From positions 1 to 60,018 of the IMG/VR virus record IMGVR_UViG_3300022538_000807: a DNA stretch of 60,018 bases. The stretch is one strand, 5' to 3'. Under the pieces are notes generated by a model, which was given only the letters and a program-made list of their open reading frames with translations, searched no databases and had not been told where the DNA came from. Both the position numbers and the translations under genes were made by a program. This document shows positions 37,656-48,140 of the stretch, piece by piece. The stretch is from a virus. Its lineage: Duplodnaviria; Caudoviricetes. Within the stretch, counting starts at the first letter, position 1; each line of letters starts with the position of its first letter.

Positions 37656-38351
37656 CTATTCAATAAAATCCTTTACTGAATTCTCACTGTTTATTACCCT
37701 TCGACATAATAAAAAACAATCGCTTTTATAATTGTTTATATAATCGTTATCATTTTTAACTGCGTATTTATAACCAGCCTCTTTTACGGTATCTACAGTC
37801 CATTTGTTATAAACATTATAAGGATATGCAAAAGAAACAATAGGAAGCTTAATCTTTTCTTCAATCATCTCTTTCGATTCGGCTATTTCTCGCCACAATG
37901 CCCTTCTTGATAAACATGAGAAATTAAGATGGTACAGTCCATGACTGCCAATTTCATGTCCTGCGTTCAATACGTTATGTATCTCACTCCAATCCAACAA
38001 AGCCATTAGGTGCAATTCCCTTTTACGCCATCGAGCGGTATCTCCAACTAGCTTAGACACAATAAATACCGTAGCTGAAAAATTAAACCTATCTAAAACT
38101 GGCATAGCAGTATCAGAAAAATCCTTATATCCATCATCGAAGGTTAATATAATAGCCTTTTTTTGTTTAATATCCTTAAAAAATTCTTTGAGAGAAACTC
38201 CCTTATATCCACGTTCAGCCAGCCATTGCATTTCTAATCCGAAGGTTGAGGGGGAAACTGCCCAAGGATCTTCGCTATTATTTGAGATACTGTGGTATGC
38301 TAAAATTTCAGTCATATTATCCCTTGTTGTGTTTTCCTGTTTCCTCAACAT
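37656..38351 (-). CDS. Polysaccharide deacetylase (NodB/CE4)
   Basis: ILAYHSI, LTFDDGY, EIGSHGLYH, FAYPY; the true start is probably MTEIL. Confidence 0.9.
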   Translation of the reverse strand: MLRKQENTTRDNMTEILAYHSISNNSEDPWAVSPSTFGLEMQWLAERGYKGVSLKEFFKDIKQKKAIILTFDDGYKDFSDTAMPVLDRFNFSATVFIVSKLVGDTARWRKRELHLMALLDWSEIHNVLNAGHEIGSHGLYHLNFSCLSRRALWREIAESKEMIEEKIKLPIVSFAYPYNVYNKWTVDTVKEAGYKYAVKNDNDYINNYKSDCFLLCRRVINSENSVKDFIE

Positions 38352-39732
38352 AGGCTTTCATCCGTCTGACATTATCCTTCATCTGGCATATCGGAAGGAA
38401 TCTATTATGAATCATCGGCTCATATTCTCTTTCAACTTTCTTCCCGTTTTTCATAACCCAGCCATATTGATTATACTTCCTGAAATCTTTACTCAGAATC
38501 TCACAGTTGTATCTATCGGGATTGTTCCATATCGGACTTCCCGGAAGCGGGGTGAATGTGGAAAGCGTAATCATATCAAAATCAAGCCTACTAATATAAT
38601 CCCTATTTAACTCAGGAGTGTCTGCCCTTTCTCCTGGCGTTCCCATCATAAATAATACCTTAATTTTTAAACCTGCCTTCTTTGCATTTCTGCATCCTTC
38701 TAGCATCGCTTCCGCATCTATATGTTTATCCAAAAAATCGAGGACTCGCTGATCTCCGCTTTCAACTCCTGGCCAAATCTCCCTGCATCCAGCAGTTACC
38801 AGAGATTCACATATCTCAGAATCAAGCTGATCGGCTCGTACTAGACACCGCCAGATAATATCAAGCTTTTTAAATTGATCGCACAGATTTAGACATCTTC
38901 TTCTATTCAATGTCATATTATCATCCCATATCCCGAACTGCCTTATTCCAGTAGATTCGACAATCTCTTTTATCTCCGAAACGATATTAAATATTGACCT
39001 ATATCTTGTTTTTCGCTCCCACATAGATTGGGATGCACAAAAAGCACAATTAAATGAACATCCTCTGGAAGTTATAAGACTCTCGCTTCCACCGCTGACA
39101 TAGCTTTCTCTGTTTACGAAAATATCCTCGCCATAACTTCCCTCAATTAACGACCTGTCGGGAAAAGGAATAGCATCAAGATCCTCAATAAATCCATTGG
39201 GGCAATAAATTTTTTTAAGTTCTCCCTTCTCAACATCTCTAACCATATCCGATATAATAAGCTCACCCTCGCCTATGCCTATCGCATCAAATAAATCACC
39301 CTTAGAAATATCCTGATACATCGCCGTAGCATGAGTACCACCAAGAAATATCTTTATACCAGGAAGATGTTTCCTTATCCATATAGCACATTCCACATTC
39401 ATCGGATATTCTAGTGTTGTTCCACTCATACAGATAATATCCGCATCCTCGAAGTTGATAAAATCCTCTTTCCTTTGGGGGCGTACCAACCTTGCTTCGT
39501 AACCTTCTCTTTTAAGAATTGTAGCTAAATATAGCGGTCCTAATGCAATGTGCATATTTTGTCTAACAAGCCAGGGACTAGGAGTTTCAACAAAAACTAT
39601 CTTCAAGTCTGCCTGTCTTTTAATAAATCCGATATCACCCATATCATAACTGACAACCGTACCCTTCCATGCCTCATGAACCCTCCGGATATATATTCGA
39701 TAATTGGAGTTTCTGACCAGAGGATTTGCCAT
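38317..39732 (-). CDS. B12-binding radical SAM enzyme
   Basis: LGPLYLA...LGGTHAT...GEGE B12 domain; TSRGCSFNCAFC; DDNM; GVESG. True start probably near 39606-39640. Confidence 0.9.
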   Translation of the reverse strand: MANPLVRNSNYRIYIRRVHEAWKGTVVSYDMGDIGFIKRQADLKIVFVETPSPWLVRQNMHIALGPLYLATILKREGYEARLVRPQRKEDFINFEDADIICMSGTTLEYPMNVECAIWIRKHLPGIKIFLGGTHATAMYQDISKGDLFDAIGIGEGELIISDMVRDVEKGELKKIYCPNGFIEDLDAIPFPDRSLIEGSYGEDIFVNRESYVSGGSESLITSRGCSFNCAFCASQSMWERKTRYRSIFNIVSEIKEIVESTGIRQFGIWDDNMTLNRRRCLNLCDQFKKLDIIWRCLVRADQLDSEICESLVTAGCREIWPGVESGDQRVLDFLDKHIDAEAMLEGCRNAKKAGLKIKVLFMMGTPGERADTPELNRDYISRLDFDMITLSTFTPLPGSPIWNNPDRYNCEILSKDFRKYNQYGWVMKNGKKVEREYEPMIHNRFLPICQMKDNVRRMKAYVEETGKHNKG

Positions 39733-40265
39733 TTGGATGCCATTCCTTTAAGGCGTTCCGAACCATCAACTTCGGTTTGCCAAGGCGTTTCTCCGTCTCG
39801 CAAAACATCGAGAAGATATGACTTTTGCCAAATTGCAGTTTGCAGTGACATAGAAAATTGCTTGTCAAGAGGATATTCCCTGAAACCCTTGTGAACATTA
39901 GTGCTAATTGCATGGTTAATGAACCATTTGTCTGGAGCGTTTAGCTTCACGCAACCCACGTTGCCCTCACAAAGACTTTCTGCTTGCTCGATTCTTTTAG
40001 TGTCCACTATCTTATCGATAATATAATCATCCAGAATTAACAGAAACTTATCTTCTTTAGATTGTTTAAGATAATTAATTATCCCACTAGCCCACGACAC
40101 TCCACCAGTATAAAAAACCGCACCATCTATATGGTCTGTCTCAGTTATTATTTCAGTCTGATATGGATTATCTGGCCAGTTTTTCTTATAAAAGTGCGTG
40201 AAGATCGGAATTAAAAAATTATATCTATTGCAGGTTGAGACAATAACCCTCATCAATACTCCCAA
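39603..40265 (-). CDS. GT-A-like glycosyltransferase
   Basis: VIVSTCNRY...FLLILDDY...SLQTAIWQK...PWQTE. Confidence 0.6.
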   Translation of the reverse strand: MGVLMRVIVSTCNRYNFLIPIFTHFYKKNWPDNPYQTEIITETDHIDGAVFYTGGVSWASGIINYLKQSKEDKFLLILDDYIIDKIVDTKRIEQAESLCEGNVGCVKLNAPDKWFINHAISTNVHKGFREYPLDKQFSMSLQTAIWQKSYLLDVLRDGETPWQTEVDGSERLKGMASKWQILWSETPIIEYISGGFMRHGRVRLSVMIWVISDLLKDRQT

Positions 40266-40894
40266 CCATCCTCTATGGGCAATAATCCCTTCAGCCTTCT
40301 ACCTCTTCTTGTCGTCTTACGGTGGTGTTTCACGTGCCTTCCCAAAGTAGGAAACTCCTTTAATATTTTACTTGATAATCCTTGCTTGTGAATATCAAAC
40401 ATCGCTTTCCAACAGGGTGCTCCATGATGAACATACCGATGAAATTTCTTGTAATTATTTACGTTTATTAACTGAAAAACAGGATGAAGATAAAGCATCC
40501 ATTCTCCACTCTTATAAGGAAATCCATCAAGCCTCTTTCTTCCTATGCCACCAACGCCGAATGTATCATCCTCCATCGTTTCTAACATGATGGTCACACA
40601 TGGCTTTACTACCTCTATATCAGAATCAAATACTAAGGCATACTTCGTTTCAGCCAAGCCAATGCCCATGTGCATACCCGGGCCATGATTAACATTTTTT
40701 CCAAGCGAGACAACTGTTGTTAAATCAGATGCCAGGCTTTTTACATAGGAAGCACATCGATCATTAGGATCAGAACCGTCAATAATAATGATAGGTATAT
40801 CAGAATAGAATTTGCGAACTGAATTATATGCTCTTTCTATGGAATCTTTCGTATTGTAGCATACTGTGATTCCAGTTATTTCCATATCCACCAA
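40253..40894 (-). CDS. GT2-like glycosyltransferase
   Basis: GITVCYNT, IIIDGSD, NVNHGPG, YALVFDSD. Confidence 0.8.
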   Translation of the reverse strand: MVDMEITGITVCYNTKDSIERAYNSVRKFYSDIPIIIIDGSDPNDRCASYVKSLASDLTTVVSLGKNVNHGPGMHMGIGLAETKYALVFDSDIEVVKPCVTIMLETMEDDTFGVGGIGRKRLDGFPYKSGEWMLYLHPVFQLINVNNYKKFHRYVHHGAPCWKAMFDIHKQGLSSKILKEFPTLGRHVKHHRKTTRRGRRLKGLLPIEDGWEY

Positions 40895-41349
40895 TCGATA
40901 TCCTCTGTATTTAATTTAAATCTATTCCTCCCACAAAATTCATTAACCGCCTTGGGAACACCCGGCCATCGCCTTCCATAATCATGTCCGGAAACCAATC
41001 CCCCTTTTTTTACTTTAGGATAATATAAGCTAATGTCTTGCAGTACAGTTTCATATTGATGGTCGCCATCGATGTAAACAAAGTCAAGGCTCTCATTGTC
41101 AAATTTATTTACGGCATCTATTGATTTAGCTTTTGCCCATTCAATCTTATTCTCATGGTCCTTTAATTGTGAATGAGCAACGCCTTCCATCTTTCCCCTT
41201 GCTAAATATGGATCTATCAAAAAGACTTTCTTAATGTCTAATTCTTCAAGATAAACTACAGCATAAGCACCAGCATATATGCCTATCTCGATTCCTATTA
41301 AATTATGTTTGTTTAATAGCTGCTTTAATGCTGGCCTTAAATTGCTCAT
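40876..41349 (-). CDS. SAM-dependent methyltransferase (Methyltransf_24-like)
   Basis: GIEIGIYAG, LIDPY, LDFVYIDGDHQY, GGLVSGHDY. Confidence 0.9.
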   Translation of the reverse strand: MSNLRPALKQLLNKHNLIGIEIGIYAGAYAVVYLEELDIKKVFLIDPYLARGKMEGVAHSQLKDHENKIEWAKAKSIDAVNKFDNESLDFVYIDGDHQYETVLQDISLYYPKVKKGGLVSGHDYGRRWPGVPKAVNEFCGRNRFKLNTEDIDWWIWK

Positions 41350-41352
41350 TTA

Positions 41353-41910
41353 TCAGCTTTCCTTATAAATACGTATTATATCATGATAGATAACTATTTT
41401 ATAATCTGTTGGTGAATTTAAGCCTATGCTATCGTATATATCCCCTAAGCTCGGCCAATAGTCATATTCTTCAATTGTGTTACCAAAACACCGAACATCA
41501 TCAATAAGAATAACATGATCCTTTATTGGGTGATTAAATATTGCTTTAAGTTCCTGTAATAATGGTTGGTTTCCCTCGCCTACAGTTATGCCCCCAGAAT
41601 AGTGGGCGTCGAGCCAAAAGATGCAACGGTCATTGACTTGGTCTAAAACAGTTTGAATAAGTTTGGCACTATCACCCTCATAAATTGTTATATTTGGGGT
41701 ATCTTTATATTTGTCAATTTGGACTTGGGCAAGCGATGTATCCAATTCGATTGAATATATTTGAGAAAAACGATCTCTCAGTCTATCAAGCATCCGCCCT
41801 TTATATGTGCCTGTCTCAACTAAAACATTGCATTCAAAACGGTCTGCATATTCTTTAATTGTAAACGCTTTTTCTGAGGAAGAATGCACAGAAAATATCA
41901 TAATTACCAA
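41353..41910 (-). CDS. SAM-dependent methyltransferase-like protein
   Basis: LVETGTYKG, YSIELD, EGDS, IFWLDAH, ILIDD. Confidence 0.8.
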   Translation of the reverse strand: MVIMIFSVHSSSEKAFTIKEYADRFECNVLVETGTYKGRMLDRLRDRFSQIYSIELDTSLAQVQIDKYKDTPNITIYEGDSAKLIQTVLDQVNDRCIFWLDAHYSGGITVGEGNQPLLQELKAIFNHPIKDHVILIDDVRCFGNTIEEYDYWPSLGDIYDSIGLNSPTDYKIVIYHDIIRIYKES

Positions 41911-41919
41911 TTCTCCTTT

Positions 41920-42858
41920 TTATTCAAAATAAGCCACTATTGCACATCTACACAATGTATGCAAAGGGGGCGAAGCCACCTCTTCATAATCAAGCTTTAG
42001 TGTCTGATCCTTTCCGCCTGGACTGACAGTAAACTCATCCCCCTGATCGAAAAAGGAGGTCTCTATTCCTACTATCTTTCCATCCATCTGTTCACACCAA
42101 GGACAAGTACGTTTATCAAACTGCGTTACCCATTGCTTTTTCTTCACCACCCCACTCTGTTTGTAGGCTTCCAGGGCTGCCCTATTGCTTGCTCGCAAAG
42201 TTTCTGTTCTTGCTATCATCTCAGAACGAACTTTATTCCAATGAGCATAGGTGGTGTTTACCCGCTTTGTAAGCTCAGGTATTCCCTCGCCAGCCTTTAA
42301 CCCTGCGAGTAGCTCTCTTCGCAACCTCTCCACGCTTACATCTTCAAGCTTCTTGGAGAATTTGGGTATATACTCTTTTAACCATTTCTGTACCTCTGGA
42401 TTTTCCATGTTAAAGGCAATATCCGTTACCCCTATCCGCTCCATTTCTAATGCTCCCTGCTTGCTCAATATAAGAAGGTCAATTGTGCGTGCTTTCTCAG
42501 ATAGCTTATTTTCAAACATGCCTTTAGGATACAGCACGGAATCTACAATATCTGAATCATCCTTACTCATATATGCCTTTTTGAGCTTCTTGAGATTAGC
42601 AACTATTATCTTTTCCTCTTCTCCCCATATCCCCTGTAGCATAGCTACCCATTTCTTCTCATATGGATCAAGCGCCTTGAAGAGGGCGGTGAAGAATTCT
42701 GCATGGGGGTAAGAATCAGGCTGTTCTGTTGTATCTTTTCCTACAATATGTTGTATGTCTTTATGCAAGCTGTTGCCCAATTGGACAACAAACCTATCCA
42801 GGCAACACTGGCAAATATAGTCATCTGCTAGTTGAGAAGCGAGGATTTCTGTGTTCAT
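41920..42858 (-). CDS. Minor head protein (Mu gpF / SPP1 gp7-like)
   Basis: RSEMIARTE...KKQWVT...RTCPWC...PPLHTLCRC. Confidence 0.9.
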   Translation of the reverse strand: MNTEILASQLADDYICQCCLDRFVVQLGNSLHKDIQHIVGKDTTEQPDSYPHAEFFTALFKALDPYEKKWVAMLQGIWGEEEKIIVANLKKLKKAYMSKDDSDIVDSVLYPKGMFENKLSEKARTIDLLILSKQGALEMERIGVTDIAFNMENPEVQKWLKEYIPKFSKKLEDVSVERLRRELLAGLKAGEGIPELTKRVNTTYAHWNKVRSEMIARTETLRASNRAALEAYKQSGVVKKKQWVTQFDKRTCPWCEQMDGKIVGIETSFFDQGDEFTVSPGGKDQTLKLDYEEVASPPLHTLCRCAIVAYFE

Positions 42859-43000
42859 TTTCTTATAAATGGAAAATTCTCTATCGCCATAAAAATTAAA
42901 AACATTGCTAGGGCTGTAAATATTCCCGTTTCCTCAAAAACCAAATATATTAATGCTAAAGTGAATACAGTACGAATAACTTTGTTGGTTTTATTTTCCT

Positions 43001-43279
43001 TCATCCCAAGGTCTCCTTAACATTTTCATCGCTTGCTAGTTGGGAGGCGAGTTTGGCTAGTTTGGTTATAATAATATTTCCTTTTTTATCATAAGAAATA
43101 TCAATCCCATATTTCCATGCAAATTCATTAACTGCATCAAAAACAGAAAATTCTCCTCTCCTAAAGAATAATTTATATTTTTCAACAAATTTCATTGCAT
43201 CTTTTTTGTTGCAAGTTAATAACTTAATGATATCCTCTTTGGCTTCTTTAATAAACTCCTCCCATGTTTCTGTGTTCAC
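43001..43279 (-). CDS. Inserted hypothetical protein carrying echoes of the flanking genes
   Basis: Starts MNTE and contains LASQLA like 41920-42858; ends ETLG like the portal's ERLG. Confidence 0.55.
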   Translation of the reverse strand: MNTETWEEFIKEAKEDIIKLLTCNKKDAMKFVEKYKLFFRRGEFSVFDAVNEFAWKYGIDISYDKKGNIIITKLAKLASQLASDENVKETLG

Positions 43280-44712
43280 CCCAATCTCTCCCTTATCTTT
43301 TGCCTTGCCAATTCCACAACCTCCTCCGCCTGTTCTTCTGGAGACACAGCACCAAGCATACTAATCGGCACAAGCCTATTATCAACAAGTAGCTCATCGG
43401 CATCCTTCGGCTCTTTGCCTAAATCCGCCCTCACCTCATCTCTGGATAATATGCCGGCATTGACGTACTCAGTATTTTCCTTTAGCAATTGTTCCCTATC
43501 CTCCGGCACAACATCATCAAAAGCACAGAAGATGTTTGTATCGAAAAGCGATAAAAGCTCATTAAGCTTCTCTTCCTGTTTTCGCAATCTAGGCATTATT
43601 CCGGACTTAGCATGAGTGTAATCGGATGAATCCGCATTGGCACGGTTCACATCAGTTGAAACAAGCTTGCCTATAGGTATATCAAAGGCAACCGCAATCT
43701 CTTCACGAGTTATTTTCTTTCCTTCAATAAAGGATAATTCCTGCGGTGTCATCGTATCTTTAGAAAATTTCATCCCAGGTGGTAAGACGGCTGTTTTGCC
43801 CCCCTTAGCTGAACCTTCATATTTCTGCTGCCAGTCCTCTTTAAGGCGCTTCATCTCTTCTGTACCGATAAGCTCTGTTGATTCTAGCACCCCACCTACT
43901 CTTGCCTTATTCTTGAAGAGTGCCTCCTCAAATACATACATCTCTTTATTGACATATACGGCATCAGCGACACCTTGAACACAGGAGAAGCCTATATATT
44001 CGTTCTTAGGGTTAGGATAACGAAGGTGAACCACGTCATCTATTTCAAGCGTAAGCTCTATGCCACCCCTCTTGTACAAATAGCCTTTAACAAAGTCTCT
44101 TAAATCCTTGCCGGGAATAGGCTGTATATATGGCGATGGTATAACCCATAGCTCTCTAGGAACTTGAAGCCCGTCTCGTATAATATACCAGTAGGCATCA
44201 CCCGTAAGGTCGAGGAACAGCGATGTAAGCTCACGAAACTCACGACCGCTCATGAAAGGATTGGCGGTCTTTGTAAGGTCAAGAAAAGGATGTTCGTCAA
44301 CTTCCTCAACTTCCTGTGCTTTTTTGAGATAAGAATCAAGCCCTGTATTCGACTCAAGCCATTTCATCTGAGCTTTATCGATTGAGCGTGTAGGAAATAG
44401 CTGTATTTTCTTGCCACTCTCCGGTTTAGCCACATACAGCCTTAGCTTGGCAGCACCTATAGATTCAGCGTTGAGCGAAGCACATATATAAACCCATGAT
44501 GTAAACTCCCTCAGCATATCCTCTTTTGTGCGGACTTTACCGCTCTCCACGCCCTCACCCCAGAATACAGAGTCACCCCAAATGGTGGGGTCTAAGGCGG
44601 AGGGTCGTGCACCGCTTGTGTGGAATACATCGGCAAGCCCTTTGCGATAGCTCCCCGCTGTTCTTCCTATGTTATATGTTAATTTTTCTAATACGTTCAT
44701 TATTTTTCTCAT
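43276..44712 (-). CDS. Portal protein (HK97 family)
   Basis: WVYIC, ANPFMSG, LTGDAYW, DVVHLRYPNP, LFKNKA, REEIAVAFDIP, GILSRDEVR. Confidence 0.95.
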   Translation of the reverse strand: MRKIMNVLEKLTYNIGRTAGSYRKGLADVFHTSGARPSALDPTIWGDSVFWGEGVESGKVRTKEDMLREFTSWVYICASLNAESIGAAKLRLYVAKPESGKKIQLFPTRSIDKAQMKWLESNTGLDSYLKKAQEVEEVDEHPFLDLTKTANPFMSGREFRELTSLFLDLTGDAYWYIIRDGLQVPRELWVIPSPYIQPIPGKDLRDFVKGYLYKRGGIELTLEIDDVVHLRYPNPKNEYIGFSCVQGVADAVYVNKEMYVFEEALFKNKARVGGVLESTELIGTEEMKRLKEDWQQKYEGSAKGGKTAVLPPGMKFSKDTMTPQELSFIEGKKITREEIAVAFDIPIGKLVSTDVNRANADSSDYTHAKSGIMPRLRKQEEKLNELLSLFDTNIFCAFDDVVPEDREQLLKENTEYVNAGILSRDEVRADLGKEPKDADELLVDNRLVPISMLGAVSPEEQAEEVVELARQKIRERLG

Positions 44713-44847
44713 TTTCTAATTTTTTCTTTTGTATTTTCTTTATTTCTGGTTCAAGCAAAAATCCGACTAATGCCCAGAAGTTAAAATTGCCTTTATGGTT
44801 CTTTAATTGTTTCATTTAACTCATTTTAAAATTATTAATCAGAATGC

Positions 44848-45036
44848 TTAAATGCTTGTATTAAACTTAAACAAAAGCTCTATCCCCACAATTTCATAAT
44901 TTTCATCAAGATCAACATTAACCATATAGGGTGCGATTGATTTCGTTTTTTTGATTTTCTTATTTGATATTTTTGCATAGCTTGCATTGGCTTTTTTGTC
45001 ATATATAAATTTCACTTCTCCCCTCCGCTCCGCCAC
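44848..45036 (-). CDS. DUF2283-like protein
   Basis: YDKKANASYAKI...VNVDLDENYEIVGIELL. Confidence 0.75.
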   Translation of the reverse strand: MAERRGEVKFIYDKKANASYAKISNKKIKKTKSIAPYMVNVDLDENYEIVGIELLFKFNTSI

Positions 45037-45395
45037 CAGTAATCCTCAAAATACACAAGCATAGCAACGAATAGTGCAAATAAAAACCAAGAGTCGGGGG
45101 TCATTGCTTATCTTTTGCTTTACAAGGCGTAGAGCATTTACAACACACCCAAAATTTAAGTTTTACCAAAGAACCATTAATTTTATCTATATATACTCTA
45201 TTAATATTCGCATTACAACATTCACTTATAAATTTTTTCATATTCCCATCTTTATCTATTGCGGTTGGCAAAGCTTAATAACCTCTTTCATTAAATAAAT
45301 ACCTAATAATCCGCAATAAATAACAAAATTTTGATTTGGATGCGGTCTATATAGCCATTTGCAAAATGTACAACCCGCAGGGAAGCAATCTTTTT

Positions 45396-46598
45396 TCATA
45401 AACTAAGCTCTTTTTGCTTGGGTTCACGCTCCCAATGTTTTACTCTTTTCCGTGCGATAGTCAAATACTCATCCTCACGCTCAATTCCTATACATTTACG
45501 CCCTATGTTGTGTGCTGATATTGCAGTAGTACCAGAACCAAGGAAGGGGTCTAGGATGATTTGCCCTTCACGGGTTACAAGTTTTATTAGCCATTCAAAG
45601 AGAGCGGTTGGTTTTACTGTGGGGTGGTTGTTTTTGCTATCATCTAGTCCTCTATTCCGCTCGCTTTTTGATGCTTTTGCTGTGTAAAAAAATCTGGAAG
45701 CTCCTCCGTTTTGATTGGCGTATTTATTATCATCATAACCAGCTTTAAAAATTCCCGTATTATAATATCCCTTGGGGTCTTTATATTGCCCCTTGCCTTT
45801 TAGTTCCCCACTCTGCTCATCCAGCATCCTTGCGGCTTCTTCATCTAGGATGACGTTGGCAGGGAAGCGACCTTTGGGTTGTTTCCAAGGCTCTTTGCAC
45901 ATAGAATAATCACCATAAATTTCATTGTCGGCATGAACGGTATGAGGATTTTTATCAGCCTGTTCTTGTTTATCTGCAGGAGAAATATATCCAATCCTAC
46001 ACTCCTCCACATTAACCGCCCCAACCCCCCATTTCAGCACATTTTCAATATATGAACCTTCAGGAGGCTTGACCGCCCAGATTATCGGCTCATAGGCTGG
46101 CTTGATGCCACCGACTTTTAAGCCGTCCCACTCCTTACCATTGCCACCTCTCTTATCAATCATCTTCCCCAAATCCTGTGCCTTCGGGAATCCACTTCCA
46201 TATAGCCACATCAACGTATCCTTAATAATAAACCCGCTGTCCTCAATCGCACATGCCAAACGGTGGAATGTCCTTGTTCCACCCATGACTAGCATCGACC
46301 CCCCAGGCTTCAGCACTCGATAGGCTTCGGTGAGCCATTGGGTGTGAAAAACTTGATTAATACCATCCCATTCCTTTCCCATAAAGCCCTTTGATAAAGC
46401 TATGTGTGGTGAATTACCCTTACCAAAAGATTCTCTTACAAGAGGAGCAGAATTAGTTTTCCCAAATCTTTTAGTAATACTTACCAATCCATAAGGCGGG
46501 TCTGTTACAATCGCATCTACACTATTAGGCTTCATCGCCTTCATGACTTTGATGCAGTCACCTTTTAATATCATTTCTTTGTTTCCACTTCTCAACAC
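45396..46598 (-). CDS. DNA N4/N6 methyltransferase (beta class)
   Basis: GDC...VDAIVTDPPY, WLYGSGFPK, HPTVKP, ILDPFLGSGTT. Confidence 0.95.
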   Translation of the reverse strand: MLRSGNKEMILKGDCIKVMKAMKPNSVDAIVTDPPYGLVSITKRFGKTNSAPLVRESFGKGNSPHIALSKGFMGKEWDGINQVFHTQWLTEAYRVLKPGGSMLVMGGTRTFHRLACAIEDSGFIIKDTLMWLYGSGFPKAQDLGKMIDKRGGNGKEWDGLKVGGIKPAYEPIIWAVKPPEGSYIENVLKWGVGAVNVEECRIGYISPADKQEQADKNPHTVHADNEIYGDYSMCKEPWKQPKGRFPANVILDEEAARMLDEQSGELKGKGQYKDPKGYYNTGIFKAGYDDNKYANQNGGASRFFYTAKASKSERNRGLDDSKNNHPTVKPTALFEWLIKLVTREGQIILDPFLGSGTTAISAHNIGRKCIGIEREDEYLTIARKRVKHWEREPKQKELSL

Positions 46599-46955
46599 AA
46601 TCTTGACAATAATGTTCCCATTCGCTATATTGATTTAGTTTAAATCGCCATCCCTTTTCTTTTGAATATTCTACAAAATCATCCCAATTATTGCCATTTT
46701 CAAATTCTTCAAAATAAGAACAAGTATCACAAGAAAGTAAAAAGCCTAATTCATGGGGCAATTTTTCTATCATCTCTTTCACCTCACCCTAATTATACAG
46801 AAGAAGTGAATGAACGTCAAATTAAATACGTTTCTTATATAACTTACTAGCAAACCAATGTCCAATGTGTATTCCTATATACATTGATCCTAATGCTATT
46901 AATACTATCCAATACCACATCATATTGTTTCTCCTTTTCTATCTTGTATTAAGCA

Positions 46956-48140
46956 TCATATCCAAGTTATCCCTACCTCTGGTTTGTCTATCCGCATAAC
47001 CAGATATCTAAGTGCATCCATCGCATGATCGTCTTCCTTTACCGGCTTCTCCTTATCCTCATCATATCGGTAGAGTGAAAATTCGTCTATCAGGTGAATG
47101 CAGCTCTTAAATATCTTTAGCCTTACCGACTGTGGATCATCTGTAACCGGTCTTATTCTAGCGTTGACCTTCAGAATGCCCATGTCTACATCATTATTAG
47201 CAGGCACAACAACAAAGCCTAAGTGTTGAAGTTCTTTGTTTTGTTGTTTCTTTGATGGATCTGCTTCATATGTAATTTTGGAATCTAGGTGTTTAGCATG
47301 CTCTTCTAATAAACGCCCTCTTTCATAGTGTTCTTTATAAATATAAAGTACATCATCATCATCTAATGCTCCATCTAAAACAACAAATGGATTATTATAT
47401 CCTTGATCAATACCGCCCCCCCTTCTCCAGTCATTGGGAATATCAAAGTCATCAATAATATTATGATTACAAAAATCAGCATATATAAGCCCTTCGGCTT
47501 TACCAAATATCCCCTCATATCTGAGCCTGAACTGAGTCGGGGTCAGCATACGCTTCGCCCTTTCATACTCCTCTTTGGGAAAATACGGACTGTCCACAGA
47601 GCGAAACTGGATAAAATCTATATCGCCTTCCTCGCCCCTTAGCCGGCGTTCCTTATCCTTCTCAATCTCTTTATGCACCCAGTTCAAACTTATGGGGGTA
47701 AATGTACAGAGAATCCTTCCCTGTGTACGAGACACCCTACCCTGCATCATAACCCATATATCAGGCTTCATGAGCGATGCTTCATCAGCCCATATTGCCT
47801 GTGCCGTGATGCCTTCGATTGATTCCGGTTTGTCTGCGGAGCGGAGGAAGAAGTTTATTCCTGTTCTGGTTTTGTAGGTGGAGTCGGCTTTATTGAATAT
47901 CCCCCAGCCTTTTGGTACAAGCTCTTGAAATTTCTGTAAGGTACTTTGCTGAAGCATCTTATAGGTGGGAGCTACTATAATATAATCACCCCTCCCTTTT
48001 TGCATGGCTTCATTAACAATCCATATCGAGCCAAGAGTTGTCTTCCCCGATTGAACACCAGCTACTAAAAAAACAAATCGCTTCTTACTATTCCACGCTT
48101 TGATTTGCCATTTGTGAAGTTCAATCCGGCTTGTTTCCAT
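46956..48140 (-). CDS. terL: Terminase large subunit
   Basis: Walker A VAGVQSGKT, Walker B IWADEA, nuclease GIDQGYNNP and DDHAMDALRY. Confidence 0.95.
   Translation of the reverse strand: METSRIELHKWQIKAWNSKKRFVFLVAGVQSGKTTLGSIWIVNEAMQKGRGDYIIVAPTYKMLQQSTLQKFQELVPKGWGIFNKADSTYKTRTGINFFLRSADKPESIEGITAQAIWADEASLMKPDIWVMMQGRVSRTQGRILCTFTPISLNWVHKEIEKDKERRLRGEEGDIDFIQFRSVDSPYFPKEEYERAKRMLTPTQFRLRYEGIFGKAEGLIYADFCNHNIIDDFDIPNDWRRGGGIDQGYNNPFVVLDGALDDDDVLYIYKEHYERGRLLEEHAKHLDSKITYEADPSKKQQNKELQHLGFVVVPANNDVDMGILKVNARIRPVTDDPQSVRLKIFKSCIHLIDEFSLYRYDEDKEKPVKEDDHAMDALRYLVMRIDKPEVGITWI

Noticed and set aside
44848-45036. Complete toxin-antitoxin module around the DUF2283-like gene
   Set aside because: No adjacent toxin-like ORF was recognised.
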